64,000 nucleotides of DNA from Myxococcales bacterium (GTDB lineage Bacteria > Myxococcota_A > Polyangia > Polyangiales > DASUME01). Numbering within the stretch: the first letter of the stretch is position 1; each line of letters opens with the position of its first letter. The translations under genes and the position numbers were made by a program. The stretch covers positions 3,872,001-3,936,000 of the forward strand of contig JASGJH010000001.1 of assembly GCA_047601445.1 (NCBI GenBank), in the 5' to 3' direction. This document shows, one piece after another, positions 18,675-28,701 of the stretch. The notes under the pieces were generated by a model, which worked only from the letters and a program-made list of their open reading frames with translations, was not told the DNA's origin and made no database searches.

Positions 18675-20238
18675 CCCGCACCTCGGCGCTGATCCCGTAC
18701 TTGCCGACCTTGTAGCGCACGACGCGCTCCGTGGTGCCGAGCTCGCGCGCGGCCTTCGCCATGTTGCCCTCGGAGCGCTGCAGAGCCTCCGAGATCATGC
18801 GGCGCTCTAGTTCTTCCACCGCCTGCGCCAGGCCGCCCCGCGGCGTGTTGGGCTCGGAGACGCTGCGGCGCAGGTGCTGCGGGAGATGTCGCTCTTCGAT
18901 CACACCGGCGTCGCAGGCGATCACGGCACGCTCGATAGCGTTCTCGAGCTCGCGCACGTTGCCCGGCCAAGTGTGCTGCGCGAGCAGCTGGCCAGCCGCC
19001 GGCGAGACGCGCAAGCCCATGCGCTGATGCTGGCGCCCGTAGCGCTCGGTGAAGAACTGGATCAGGCCTGGCAAGTCGCCGCAGCGCTCGCGTAGAGAAG
19101 GAAGCGTGATGGTGAACACATTGAGCCGGTAGTAGAGATCCTCGCGAAACTGGCCCTCCTGGACCGCGCGCTCGATGTGCTTGTTGGTGGCGGCGATGAT
19201 GCGCACGTCGGCCTTGATGGTCTCCGTGCCCCCCACCCGCTCGAACTCCCGGTTCTGCAAGACGCGCAGGAGCTTCACCTGCGCGGCGGGCGGGAGGTCC
19301 CCGATCTCGTCGAGGAATAGCGTACCGCCCTGGGCGAGATCGAGCCTGCCCTTCTTGCGCTGCAATGCACCGGTGAACGCACCGCGTTCGTGACCGAACA
19401 GCTCCGACTCGAACAAGCTCTCGGGAACCGCGGCCGTGTTGATCTTCACGAAGGGCCCACGGGCTCGGGTGGAGTTCGCGTGGATGGCGCTGGCCACCAG
19501 CTCCTTGCCAGTGCCCGACTCGCCGAGCACCAGCACCGTGGCACGGGTACCCGCGACCTGCGCCACTTCTTCATAGATGCGGCGCATGCACGTACTGGTA
19601 CCGATCATGTTCGAGTAGTCGAAGGCGACGCCGGAGCGCGGGCGCACCTCGGCAGCGGCCGCCTTGGGGATGTGCGTGGCTTCCCCGCGGAGTTCCTGCG
19701 CCAGCAGCGATGCCACCACCTGCAGCAGGCCCAAGCGCCCAGCGAAGCCCTCGCTGCGGTCGAAGAGCAGATAGGCCGAGAAGGCGCCCGCAGCCTGCCC
19801 GCGCACCAGAAGCGGGAGGGATACCAAGCTGAGGCCGTCGTCGATCCAGGTTTCGGGGTTGGTCAGCTCCGACAGTGCCATCGGCTCGCGGCGCACCAGC
19901 GGCACCACGATGGGGCGCGCACTCTCCGCCACGCGTCCAGCCACGCCGCGTCCCATGCACGGGCGGAAGTCGCCGAGCGCAGCGCCGTAGCTGGCCTTGG
20001 CCTGCAAAGCCGCACCGGTGGTCTGCTCGAGCGTGAACAGCGCACCGCAGCGCAAGCCGAGCTCCTCTTGCAGGAGCGCCATGACTCGCTCGAACCCTTC
20101 GCTGAAAGAGCTCGCAGAGCCGAGCCCTTGCACGATGGCCGCCACCGCGGAGAGGTGTTCGGAAGGGCGCGCCGATGTCCCCGCCAGCGGAGCGGAGACC
20201 TGCGGGGACATCGCCATCGCTGGGGCAACTGAGCCCAT
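18658..20238 (-). CDS. NifA-like sigma54-dependent enhancer-binding protein (GAF-AAA+-Fis HTH)
   Basis: GAF ([11 protein letters not shown]), [55 protein letters not shown]. Confidence 0.95.
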   Translation of the reverse strand: MGSVAPAMAMSPQVSAPLAGTSARPSEHLSAVAAIVQGLGSASSFSEGFERVMALLQEELGLRCGALFTLEQTTGAALQAKASYGAALGDFRPCMGRGVAGRVAESARPIVVPLVRREPMALSELTNPETWIDDGLSLVSLPLLVRGQAAGAFSAYLLFDRSEGFAGRLGLLQVVASLLAQELRGEATHIPKAAAAEVRPRSGVAFDYSNMIGTSTCMRRIYEEVAQVAGTRATVLVLGESGTGKELVASAIHANSTRARGPFVKINTAAVPESLFESELFGHERGAFTGALQRKKGRLDLAQGGTLFLDEIGDLPPAAQVKLLRVLQNREFERVGGTETIKADVRIIAATNKHIERAVQEGQFREDLYYRLNVFTITLPSLRERCGDLPGLIQFFTERYGRQHQRMGLRVSPAAGQLLAQHTWPGNVRELENAIERAVIACDAGVIEERHLPQHLRRSVSEPNTPRGGLAQAVEELERRMISEALQRSEGNMAKAARELGTTERVVRYKVGKYGISAEVRVRSRT

Positions 20239-20393
20239 CTCGAACCTTCCTTACTCTCCAAAGGTGTCGATGTTGTTTCCAAGCGATAGCCGGCCTGACG
20301 ATTCAGGTGCGGACAAATTCTTACGCCATCACGCGGTCGCCTTTCGTGAAGCACGGATGCTAAAGTGCAGTGTATCGAGGTGACCGATTGGTG

Positions 20394-21212
20394 ATGGGTC
20401 GCGCACCGTGCGTCGCGCTGCTCGAGTCCCGCATGGGGCGCGAGCTGTCACGCTTGGTCGAGAAACACGGCGGGAAGGCGCTCTGTTTTCCAGCGGTCCA
20501 CGAGCGTCACGAGTTGAGCTCCGAGCGCGCCCATGCCTTGATCGAGGAGCTCCTCACGGGCCAGCACGACCTCGCGATCTTCATGACGGGGGTGGCGGCA
20601 TCCTTGCTGTTCGAGGCTGCAGAAAAGCTCGGCCGACGCGCAGACCTGGTGAACGGTCTGGAGTCGATCACCACCGTCTGTCGCGGCCCCAAACCCACCG
20701 CAGCCCTGCGCGGCTTCGGCGTACTTCCGAGCCTGACGGCCAACGAGCCTTTCACCACCGCGGAGGTCATCGATACGCTCGCAGGCATCGACCTGCGTGG
20801 TTGCCGCGTGTTGCTCTTCCACTATGGGGAGCGCAGCGACTCCCTGGCCGAGACGTTGCTCGCACGCCAGGCCGTGGTCTCCGAGCAGTGGCTGTATCGC
20901 TGGTATTTGCCCGAAGACGCGAGCGGACTGGAGCAACTCGTCCGGAGCCTCATCGCAGGCGAGCTCGATGCGTTGGCCGTGACCTGCCAAATTCAGTTCC
21001 GTCATCTGCATCAGGTGGCACAACGCTTGGGCCTTGCGGCCGACCTGATCGAGGCCCTCAATCACAAGGTAACGGTGGCCGCGGTGGGGCCGACCTGCTC
21101 CGCCATCCTGAGGGCGCACGGCGTGCGCGTGAACGTGATGCCCGAGCACCCCAAGATGGGTCCGCTGGTGATTAGCTTGATGCGCAGCTTGGTGAGCAGC
21201 GCGCACCTGTGA
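20394..21212 (+). CDS. hemD: Uroporphyrinogen-III synthase family protein
   Basis: VALLESR, IFMTGV, CRGPKP, YRW, AVTCQIQ, AAVGPTC, PEHPKMGPL. Confidence 0.85.
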   Translation: MGRAPCVALLESRMGRELSRLVEKHGGKALCFPAVHERHELSSERAHALIEELLTGQHDLAIFMTGVAASLLFEAAEKLGRRADLVNGLESITTVCRGPKPTAALRGFGVLPSLTANEPFTTAEVIDTLAGIDLRGCRVLLFHYGERSDSLAETLLARQAVVSEQWLYRWYLPEDASGLEQLVRSLIAGELDALAVTCQIQFRHLHQVAQRLGLAADLIEALNHKVTVAAVGPTCSAILRAHGVRVNVMPEHPKMGPLVISLMRSLVSSAHL

Positions 21213-21384
21213 ACGCGACAGAGCGAGACGGCATTGGAGTGTCTACCCGCGCAGTCGCGCACGAGAACATCACGCATGCGCTCATGTGAAAAGCACTCCG
21301 CCGATCTGAGCCGCAAAGTTTCGCCTTCGCCAGCACGTTTCCCCGCTGGCGAGCCCTCCGGCGCGTACTAGGAAATGGCTCTTC

Positions 21385-23166
21385 ATGCCCGACCACGATC
21401 CGAGCGCGTCCCAAGCGAACGAGCCCGCCGGCGGCGCCGTTTCGGAACGCCAGGGGGAACTCACGCAGTCCGCGTCCCTATCTCCGGCGTCCGGCCGGAT
21501 CGGTCCCTTCGTGTTCGTGCGCAAGCTCGGCTCGGGCTGTTTCGCGCCGGTATGGCTCGCGCACGAGGTCTATCAGGAGACCGTGCTGCGAAATGCTGCC
21601 ATCAAGCTGTTCGCGCTGCGCGCAGAGCTCGGAAAGCCGGGCTCCGTGGTCCATCAGTCCATCGTGCAAGAAGCTGCGGCCTTGTGTCGCGTCGAGCACC
21701 CCAACGTGGTGCGCTTCTACTCGCTCGCCATCGATAGCGCGCAGGGACTCATCGGCCTGGTGATGGAGCACGTCGACGGCAAGCCGCTGTCGCAGCGCCT
21801 GTCGGAAGCGGGCTCTCTCACGGTATCAGAGACGGTGCGCGTGAGTCTCTCGATCGCTTCGGCGCTGGCCGCGGTGCACCGCGCGGGACTCGTGCATCGC
21901 GATCTCAAGCCTGCCAACGTCATCGAGTCGGACGGCGTGTGCAAGCTGATCGATTTCGGTTTGGCCACGGCCGAGTCGGCGCTGGCGCAGGAAGCCAAGC
22001 GACGCCTGCTCGAGCGCTCTTATTCGGAGGTTCCGGAGTCCCGAACCATCTGTCTTGGGGAGGTCGAACACAGCGCGCTCGCGGGCGAAGCCGAATGTGC
22101 CCACACACTGCCTGTCGCGGCTCGCTGCGGCACGGTGGGCTTCATGGATCCCGTCTGCATGGCCAGCGCCGAAGCAGCCGTCCCCACCAGCGACCTGTAC
22201 GCGCTCGGCGCCATCCTTTTTCAGTGCCTGGTGGGCAACCTGCCCGCAGCCGATGCTCTCGGGAGCAGACTGCGAACCTCGTGGCAACCACAGGTGCCCT
22301 CGGGACGGCGGCTTCGGCGTGAGGTGTTGCTGGGCCTCACGAACGCGCCCTCGGTCACGGCCTTCAACCCGAGCGTGCCGAGGGAGCTCGCCGCGCTGAT
22401 CGACTCCCTGCTCCAACCCGAGCGGGCTCTGCGTCCTCAATCGGCCGCCTGGGTGGCACGTCGTCTCGAATACATCCAGGGACTACTCGAGTCGAGGCCC
22501 GGCATTTCTCGCCGTACGATTCCGCCTGAAATCAAGCCACTCGGTGCGCCAGCAGCGCACGCCACGACCGGTCTCGAATCCGGCGGTTGGGTGCGCGCGG
22601 CGCCGCAGCCGCCCGCCGACGAGCAGAGCTCCCCAGAGAGCCCGCTGCTCTATGACGGCGTGGCGTTGTCGAGCGTGGGCAACGCCTTGCTCGTGCTGTA
22701 TCAGGCGCCTGCGCGACTCCACCGTACACGCTGGATCTTCGACCACGCCGACCGCCTGGCCAAGCGCTTTCCCGAGGGCATTTCATGCCTGATGGTGGTG
22801 CTGTCCAGCGCCAATCCACCCGACGCACCGACCCGCGCCGAGAACGCTCGCCGCTTCAAGCGCCTGGGAGATTCCCTGCACACCATGGTGACCGTCCCCA
22901 CGGGCGATTCACTGCGCCTGAGCTTGGTGCGCAGCGTGATGCGCGCCATCAACGCAGCCCAGGGCACCTCGGACAAGTTCGTGATCTCGGACTCGGTGGA
23001 GCAAGGCATCGCGCGTCTGTTGGACGGCAAGGGTCCGCGCCACTTCGAGCTTAGCTCGGTGGAGGCAGTGGTGCGCGAGCTCGCTCGAGCGCTCGACGAG
23101 GATCTGATGCCGGCGAGGCGGGCAGCCGACGCCCTCCCACTGCTCCCCGAACGCCACCTCGCCTAG
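21385..23166 (+). CDS. Ser/Thr protein kinase with C-terminal STAS/SEC14-like domain
   Basis: LGSGCFAPV, AIK, HPNVV, HRDLKPAN, DFG, GTVGFMDP, SDLYALG; the last ~170 aa resemble ORF 6931-7443. Confidence 0.92.
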   Translation: MPDHDPSASQANEPAGGAVSERQGELTQSASLSPASGRIGPFVFVRKLGSGCFAPVWLAHEVYQETVLRNAAIKLFALRAELGKPGSVVHQSIVQEAAALCRVEHPNVVRFYSLAIDSAQGLIGLVMEHVDGKPLSQRLSEAGSLTVSETVRVSLSIASALAAVHRAGLVHRDLKPANVIESDGVCKLIDFGLATAESALAQEAKRRLLERSYSEVPESRTICLGEVEHSALAGEAECAHTLPVAARCGTVGFMDPVCMASAEAAVPTSDLYALGAILFQCLVGNLPAADALGSRLRTSWQPQVPSGRRLRREVLLGLTNAPSVTAFNPSVPRELAALIDSLLQPERALRPQSAAWVARRLEYIQGLLESRPGISRRTIPPEIKPLGAPAAHATTGLESGGWVRAAPQPPADEQSSPESPLLYDGVALSSVGNALLVLYQAPARLHRTRWIFDHADRLAKRFPEGISCLMVVLSSANPPDAPTRAENARRFKRLGDSLHTMVTVPTGDSLRLSLVRSVMRAINAAQGTSDKFVISDSVEQGIARLLDGKGPRHFELSSVEAVVRELARALDEDLMPARRAADALPLLPERHLA

Positions 23167-23182
23167 TAGAGCGCTGACTTGG

Positions 23183-24670
23183 TCAGTGCTCTGCGCAGGG
23201 CCGGAACCGCAGCGTAAATTCGGTCCCTTGACCGAGCATGCTTTCGACCGACACGTCGGCGCCGCTCTGCTGCGCAAAGCTGTAGACGATGGCCAGGCCG
23301 AGCCCCGTACCCTGCTGGGATTCCTTGGTGGTGTAGAACGGCTCGAAGATGTGCCTGAGCACGGCCGGCTCGATGCCTCCGCCGGAGTCGCGAACGCACA
23401 GGGCCACCGAGAGGCCATCGTGGGCGGCGCGCTCGTGCGTGGGACCGAGGTCGGCGATCACGCGCACCTCGATCTCTCCTTCGCCGCTGATCGCATCGCG
23501 CGCGTTCACCACCAGGTTGAGCAAGGCTTGCTCAAGCTGCGCTGCGTCCACCAGCACGTAAGCCGGCACGGCGCTGAGGCGCTGCGTGAGGCGCACCTGC
23601 TTGGGCAGCATGCTCTGCAAGATGGGGCCCAGGTCGGCCACCACCAGATTGAGGTCCACCGCGCGCGGATAGTAGTCGTCTTTGCGTGAGAAGGTGAGCA
23701 GGCGGCGAACCAGCCCGCGCGCGCGCTCCGAGGCATCGAGGATGTGGCCGAGGTAGGTGCGCCCGACGTCGTGCCTGGCCACGGTGTTCTCGAGCATGGT
23801 ACCGAAGCCGATGATGCTGGTGAGCATGTTGCTGAAGTCGTGGGCCAGTCCACCCGCGAGCTTGCCCACCAGATCCATGCGCTGCGCGCGGCTCAACGTG
23901 GTCGCCCAACGTCGATGCTCGCTGCGGTCGGTGAGCACGGCGACCGTCCCGCTGCATTCGCCGCGCGCATCGTAGGTCGAGCCAGCGGACACCAAAGCCC
24001 AGAGCTCCTCGCCGTCGCTGCGCTGAAAGCACACGTCGAAGAGATCGCGCTTGCCCTGCAGCGGACGCTCGAGTCGTCGCCGCACCTCGAGCTCGTGCCC
24101 CCGTGCGACGAATTCGAGCAAGCTCCGGCCGGCCATCTCCGAAGCCTGATAACCGAGCATTTCGGTGACGCGCTCATTGACGAACATCGTGCGGCAGCAC
24201 TCGTCGAGCAACCACACGCCGTCCCGTGTCTGCTGCACGATGAGGCGATAGCGGTCTTCCATTTGCCGGGAGGCGTGCTCGGCCAGCTTTTCGCGGGTGC
24301 AGTCGCGCGCCATCACCGAGGCCACCACCACCTCGTCGTCTCGCCGGATGGGCGCCACGATGCAGGCGTACCAGCGCTGGTTGAACGGGATGCGCACCTC
24401 GTAGTAGGCGTTCTCGCCGCGCTCGAAGACCCGCCGCAGGACGTCGGCGACCATGGGGCGGTCGGACGCATCCAAGTAGTCGAACATGGTCCGCTTATTG
24501 AGCACGTCCTCCATGCTGAGCCGCGGATCGACGCGGTTGAGGTAGAGGTACATGCCCTCTCGATCGACCAGCATCACATACTCGAAGGGGCTCTCGGCGA
24601 TCGACTGCCAGAGTTCTTCGGCCCCAAGTCCCGTGTCTGTCACCGCCGACGGAAGCGGTACCTTGACCAT
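23183..24670 (-). CDS. Two-PAS sensor histidine kinase
   Basis: Two PAS domains, H-box LAGGLAHDFSNML, NLVVNARDA, DSGGGI, IFEPFYTTK, GTGLGL; no receiver domain. Confidence 0.92.
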   Translation of the reverse strand: MVKVPLPSAVTDTGLGAEELWQSIAESPFEYVMLVDREGMYLYLNRVDPRLSMEDVLNKRTMFDYLDASDRPMVADVLRRVFERGENAYYEVRIPFNQRWYACIVAPIRRDDEVVVASVMARDCTREKLAEHASRQMEDRYRLIVQQTRDGVWLLDECCRTMFVNERVTEMLGYQASEMAGRSLLEFVARGHELEVRRRLERPLQGKRDLFDVCFQRSDGEELWALVSAGSTYDARGECSGTVAVLTDRSEHRRWATTLSRAQRMDLVGKLAGGLAHDFSNMLTSIIGFGTMLENTVARHDVGRTYLGHILDASERARGLVRRLLTFSRKDDYYPRAVDLNLVVADLGPILQSMLPKQVRLTQRLSAVPAYVLVDAAQLEQALLNLVVNARDAISGEGEIEVRVIADLGPTHERAAHDGLSVALCVRDSGGGIEPAVLRHIFEPFYTTKESQQGTGLGLAIVYSFAQQSGADVSVESMLGQGTEFTLRFRPCAEH

Positions 24671-24985
24671 CCTGAAACTTTTTCGATTACGACGCTGCTC
24701 GTCAAACGAATTCGAGTGCTGGGGGCTCGAGACAGCTCGCGATCGGCGCGTCGTCCGCGGTCCTCGCGGAGCAGCGCGCCGCCTCGCTACGGGCGGTGGC
24801 ATTCGTGGGCCCGTGCTCTCGCGTGTGGACTCGCGCCGACCTGCGACACGGGGCCGTTTGCCTCGCAGAACGAATTTCGTTCCAACCTGCATCGAAAGAG
24901 TGCGCGCCCGCCCGCGGAAACGAAGGGATTGAGCGCGCACGCGGTGCCAACCAGGCATCGCGTTCGGTCCCTGCAAATGCTCCTG

Positions 24986-25021
24986 CCCTACCCGATCCCC
25001 TACCCGATCCCCCACCCGCTG
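24986..25021. repeat. 12-bp tandem repeat x3 (CCCTACCCGATC)
   Basis: Two exact copies and one degenerate copy in a divergent intergenic region. Confidence 0.8.
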
Positions 25022-25086
25022 TGTCGCCCGTGCGTCCGGCTTGGCCACTCGGCCACAGGCAGCTCTGATAGTCTTGGCCACGAAGG

Positions 25087-25572
25087 ATGACCGAACTCAG
25101 CAGCGCCCTGTGCTCCGTCACCGCCACCCGGCGCGGTCGATACCTGTGGGCAGTTTGGTGGACGGGCGCACCGAGCTATGGGCCCTTTCGTAAACCCGAC
25201 GCGTCGAATGGCGGGTTCTCCAGCGAAGCGGAGGCCTTCGCAGCGGCGGAGCAGGCGACCGGCCGGCACTTGACTCCGATCGAACCGTATTGGGCCCGCG
25301 CGTGGAGCCGCGTCCTGCGTGGCGAGGCTGCTCCGGCCCCGCCCGAGCCGCGAACCTCGCAGCCAGCCAGGTCGTATCCTCCCGGCTCGGCATGGAGCGA
25401 GCTCGGCCTCGAGCCCGGTGCTTCGCAGCTCGAGATCAAGCGTGCCTATCGGCGGCGGGCGCTCGAGACGCACCCAGACCGTGGAGGCGACGCGGACTCT
25501 TTCGCCAAGGTACAGCGTGCCTACGAACGACTCTCCGCACGCCGTGAAGCAAGGCGCAAACGCGGCTCCTGA
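25087..25572 (+). CDS. Small J-domain protein (C-terminal DnaJ domain)
   Basis: AWSELGLEPGASQLEIKRAYRRRALETHPDRGG..VQRAYERL with the HPD motif. Confidence 0.9.
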   Translation: MTELSSALCSVTATRRGRYLWAVWWTGAPSYGPFRKPDASNGGFSSEAEAFAAAEQATGRHLTPIEPYWARAWSRVLRGEAAPAPPEPRTSQPARSYPPGSAWSELGLEPGASQLEIKRAYRRRALETHPDRGGDADSFAKVQRAYERLSARREARRKRGS

Positions 25573-25703
25573 GGTCGCCTCCCAGCGGCTCGACCGCGGC
25601 CTCCACCACGCCGAGCAAAGGCCGCGGGCCGCGGAACACGTTCGTCGTAGTGCGCGCATCATTCCCATCGTGCGGGAGGTCCGATCGGGCATAGTTAAGG
25701 GGA

Positions 25704-28004
25704 ATGCTTTCGAACGATGACTTTGCCCGGGTGTTCCGAGCGCAGGTCGAGGTGCGGCTTGTGGTCGACTCCCACGGACGGGTGCTCGCGGTTAGCGATG
25801 GCTACCTCCTGGCACACGGTGTCCGACCGGACGACGTCATCGGACACGATGTCTCGAGCTGCCCTCCCCTGGCCTCGAACCCCGCGGCAGCCGAGCAAGT
25901 ACGCGGCTTGTTGGACGCGGCGAGGAGAGCGGATCTTCCGCAAACCGTGAGCCTCTCAGCGCCGACTTCGGGCCCGACCGAAGAGGTGCGCACGGTGGAA
26001 GCAATCCCCGTGCACGACGAGCACGGCAAGCACTGTCATCAGGTCGTCACCTATCGGCGGCAGCCCCCGTCTTCCTCGGATGCCTCGGATCGCGAGCGCA
26101 GGCTCAGCAAGCTCATCGAACACAGCTACGACGCGCTCGCGCTCTTCGACGAGAAAGGCAACACGCTCTACTCGAGCCCATCTTTCCGCAGAAATCTCGG
26201 ATTCTCTGCGGACACGCCGCCAGACGCCAGCGCCATCTCGTACCTCCACGAAGACGACATCGCAGACTTCGGCGCGAAAGTGCGCGACCTGCATGGGCGT
26301 CCCGGCGGGGAGTTCATCACGCGGATCCGTGTGCGCAATCCGACGGGCGGACACCGAGTGCTCGAGGTGCGCAATCGCAATCTGCTCGACGACAGCGACG
26401 TCGCGGCGGTCGTGTCGCACTCCCGGGACGTCACCGAAGACGTGCAGCTCCAGGAGCAATTGAAGTGGGCCAATGAACGCATCTCGTTGGCCCTCGCCTC
26501 GGCGCGCGCGTTGAGCTGGGAGGTCGACCTCGCGTCGGGCAAGGGCTTTTACTCCGAGGATTTCTGCCAGTACTTCGGGCTCTCTCCCGAAGCGTTCGCG
26601 CAGGAGGGGCCCGTGGCGGCGATCCATCCGAGCTCGCGCGCCGACGTCATTCGCATGGGCCAGCTCAATCGCACGGTGGGAGGAGATTTGCGGGTGGAGT
26701 TCCGTGGCTGCGACCGCGACGGCGAGCCCCACTGGTACGCCTCCTTCGGTCGCGCGCAGCAGGACGCGCAAGGCAAATACTCCCGGCTGTTGGGCATCAC
26801 TTGGGACATCACCGAGCAGCGCCGGCTCCTGGAGGAGCGCGCGGCGCTCGACCAACGGGTGCGCGAGAGTCAGAAGCTCGAGTCCCTAGGCGTGTTGGCA
26901 GGTGGCATCGCGCACGACTTCAACAATCTTCTCACGGCCATCCTCGGGCATGCCGGGCTGGCGCGCGGACATTCGCCGGCTTCGCAACAGCACCATCTCT
27001 TACAGATCGAGGAGGCCGCTCAGCGCGCCTCGGACCTCTGCCGCCAGATGCTCGCCTATGCGGGCAAGGGCAAGTTCGTATTGGGCGCGACCGACATCAA
27101 TCGCCTGATCGAAGACACGATGCAGCTGCTCAAGGTCTCCATCAGCAAGAAGGTCCAGCTCTCCGTGGCGCTCGATCGGGGACTGCCGAAGATCATCGGC
27201 GACGCTACCCAGCTCAGGCAGGTTCTGATGAACCTGGTCATCAACGCGTCGGAGGCCATTTCGGAAAGCATCGGCGTGATCAGCGTGCGCACCGGGGTCA
27301 TGGATGTGGACTCCGAGGATCTCGAGGGCTTTTCCCCGGCGCGCATCGAGCCCGGCCGTTACGCCTTCCTGGACGTGGCCGACACGGGCTCCGGCATGTC
27401 TGAGGAGACCCGCGCGCGCATCTTCGAGCCGTTCTTCTCCACCAAGTTCACCGGCCGCGGGCTCGGCTTGTCCGCCGTGCTTGGCATCGTCCGAGGCCAC
27501 CATGGCGCGCTGCGCGTGCAGAGCGCACTGGGCCGAGGCACCTGCTTCACCATGCTGTTGCCGCTGCGAGCCGAGACCGGTGAAGAAACCGTGCCGAGCA
27601 CCCCAGCGACGTCACCGAATGCCTTCTCCGGCACGGTGCTCCTGGCCGACGACGAGGAAGCAGTACGCGTCGTCACCAAAGAGATGCTCGAGGAGATGAA
27701 GTTCAGCGTGGTGATGGTGCGAGATGGCCACGAGGCCATCCGGGCCTATCGCGACCATCGCTCGAGCCTACGGCTCATCGTCATGGACCTGACCATGCCC
27801 CGGCTCGACGGCCACGAGGCCCTGCTCGAGATGCAGATGCTGGGAGAACTGCCGGAGGTCATCTTGATGAGTGGCCACTCGGAGCAGGACGTGATGGCTC
27901 GCTTCGCGTCGGTACCTGGCGTGCATTTCCTGCAGAAGCCGTTCTCTCCGGAACAGCTCCAGGGCGAGATTTTCAAAGCGCTTAGTCGACGCATCAAGGC
28001 CTGA
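25704..28004 (+). CDS. Multi-PAS hybrid sensor histidine kinase with receiver domain
   Basis: PAS repeats, QKLESLGVLAGGIAHDFNNLL, FSTKFTGRGLGL, receiver VLLADDE..MDLTMP..FLQKPF. Confidence 0.95.
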   Translation: MLSNDDFARVFRAQVEVRLVVDSHGRVLAVSDGYLLAHGVRPDDVIGHDVSSCPPLASNPAAAEQVRGLLDAARRADLPQTVSLSAPTSGPTEEVRTVEAIPVHDEHGKHCHQVVTYRRQPPSSSDASDRERRLSKLIEHSYDALALFDEKGNTLYSSPSFRRNLGFSADTPPDASAISYLHEDDIADFGAKVRDLHGRPGGEFITRIRVRNPTGGHRVLEVRNRNLLDDSDVAAVVSHSRDVTEDVQLQEQLKWANERISLALASARALSWEVDLASGKGFYSEDFCQYFGLSPEAFAQEGPVAAIHPSSRADVIRMGQLNRTVGGDLRVEFRGCDRDGEPHWYASFGRAQQDAQGKYSRLLGITWDITEQRRLLEERAALDQRVRESQKLESLGVLAGGIAHDFNNLLTAILGHAGLARGHSPASQQHHLLQIEEAAQRASDLCRQMLAYAGKGKFVLGATDINRLIEDTMQLLKVSISKKVQLSVALDRGLPKIIGDATQLRQVLMNLVINASEAISESIGVISVRTGVMDVDSEDLEGFSPARIEPGRYAFLDVADTGSGMSEETRARIFEPFFSTKFTGRGLGLSAVLGIVRGHHGALRVQSALGRGTCFTMLLPLRAETGEETVPSTPATSPNAFSGTVLLADDEEAVRVVTKEMLEEMKFSVVMVRDGHEAIRAYRDHRSSLRLIVMDLTMPRLDGHEALLEMQMLGELPEVILMSGHSEQDVMARFASVPGVHFLQKPFSPEQLQGEIFKALSRRIKA

Positions 28005-28043
28005 TTCGCGGCGTCTCCGCCCAAGCGACGCGTCGACGGTCGT

Positions 28044-28526
28044 TCAGCCGATGAAGGTGATGGTCCATTCGCGCTCGTCGCCCTTGACCGTCACTTCGAC
28101 GGTGTCACCCACCTGGCGTCCCATGATCGCCTTGCCGAGCGGCGATGCGGGTGTGACCACGGTAACGAAGCCGTCGCCGTCGGGCATGGTGAGCTCGATG
28201 CCAGCGCCGACAGGCGCCAAGAACACGGTGCGTCCGAGGTCACCGTCCTCGATCTCGACCACGTCACCGGTGGTGATGCGCGAGCCCGTCTTGCGTGGGC
28301 GAAAGGCCTCGATCACGGCCAGGTCATCGAGCGCTGCATTGGCGCGTCGGCCCTGGGCCTTGGCCAGGTTCGAGAACTCGAGGGCTACCCGCGCGTCGTC
28401 GCGCTTCTCGCTGGGAGTCGCGCCGTCGCGAGCCTCCAGGGCGGCCGCTTCCTGCTCGCGCATGGCAACCTGCACCGACTCGCGAATTCGGTTGGCGAGC
28501 TGGTCGATCATGAACTGCTTGTCCAT
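28044..28526 (-). CDS. GreA/GreB-like factor (atypical)
   Basis: N-terminal coiled coil and GreA C-terminal VVTPASPLGKAIMGRQVGDTVEV. Confidence 0.85.
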   Translation of the reverse strand: MDKQFMIDQLANRIRESVQVAMREQEAAALEARDGATPSEKRDDARVALEFSNLAKAQGRRANAALDDLAVIEAFRPRKTGSRITTGDVVEIEDGDLGRTVFLAPVGAGIELTMPDGDGFVTVVTPASPLGKAIMGRQVGDTVEVTVKGDEREWTITFIG

Positions 28527-28701
28527 GCCCGCCACGGTAGAGCGGAGGCACACGAACGGGCAACTAAGCCACAAATTTGTCGGTCTTTGGTGCTGCCACG
28601 GCACTCGGGTCACGCAGCCCTGGGGGGGCCTCTTGCCTGGGCCGGCAAGCTGGTCCACAACGCGACGGTTGCAGCGAGCATCGAACAGTGGGCGAGCGAA
28701 G

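Noticed and set aside
18658..20238. nifA / nitrogen fixation
   Set aside because: Only the architecture is NifA-like; no nif genes and no clear TGT-N10-ACA site were seen.
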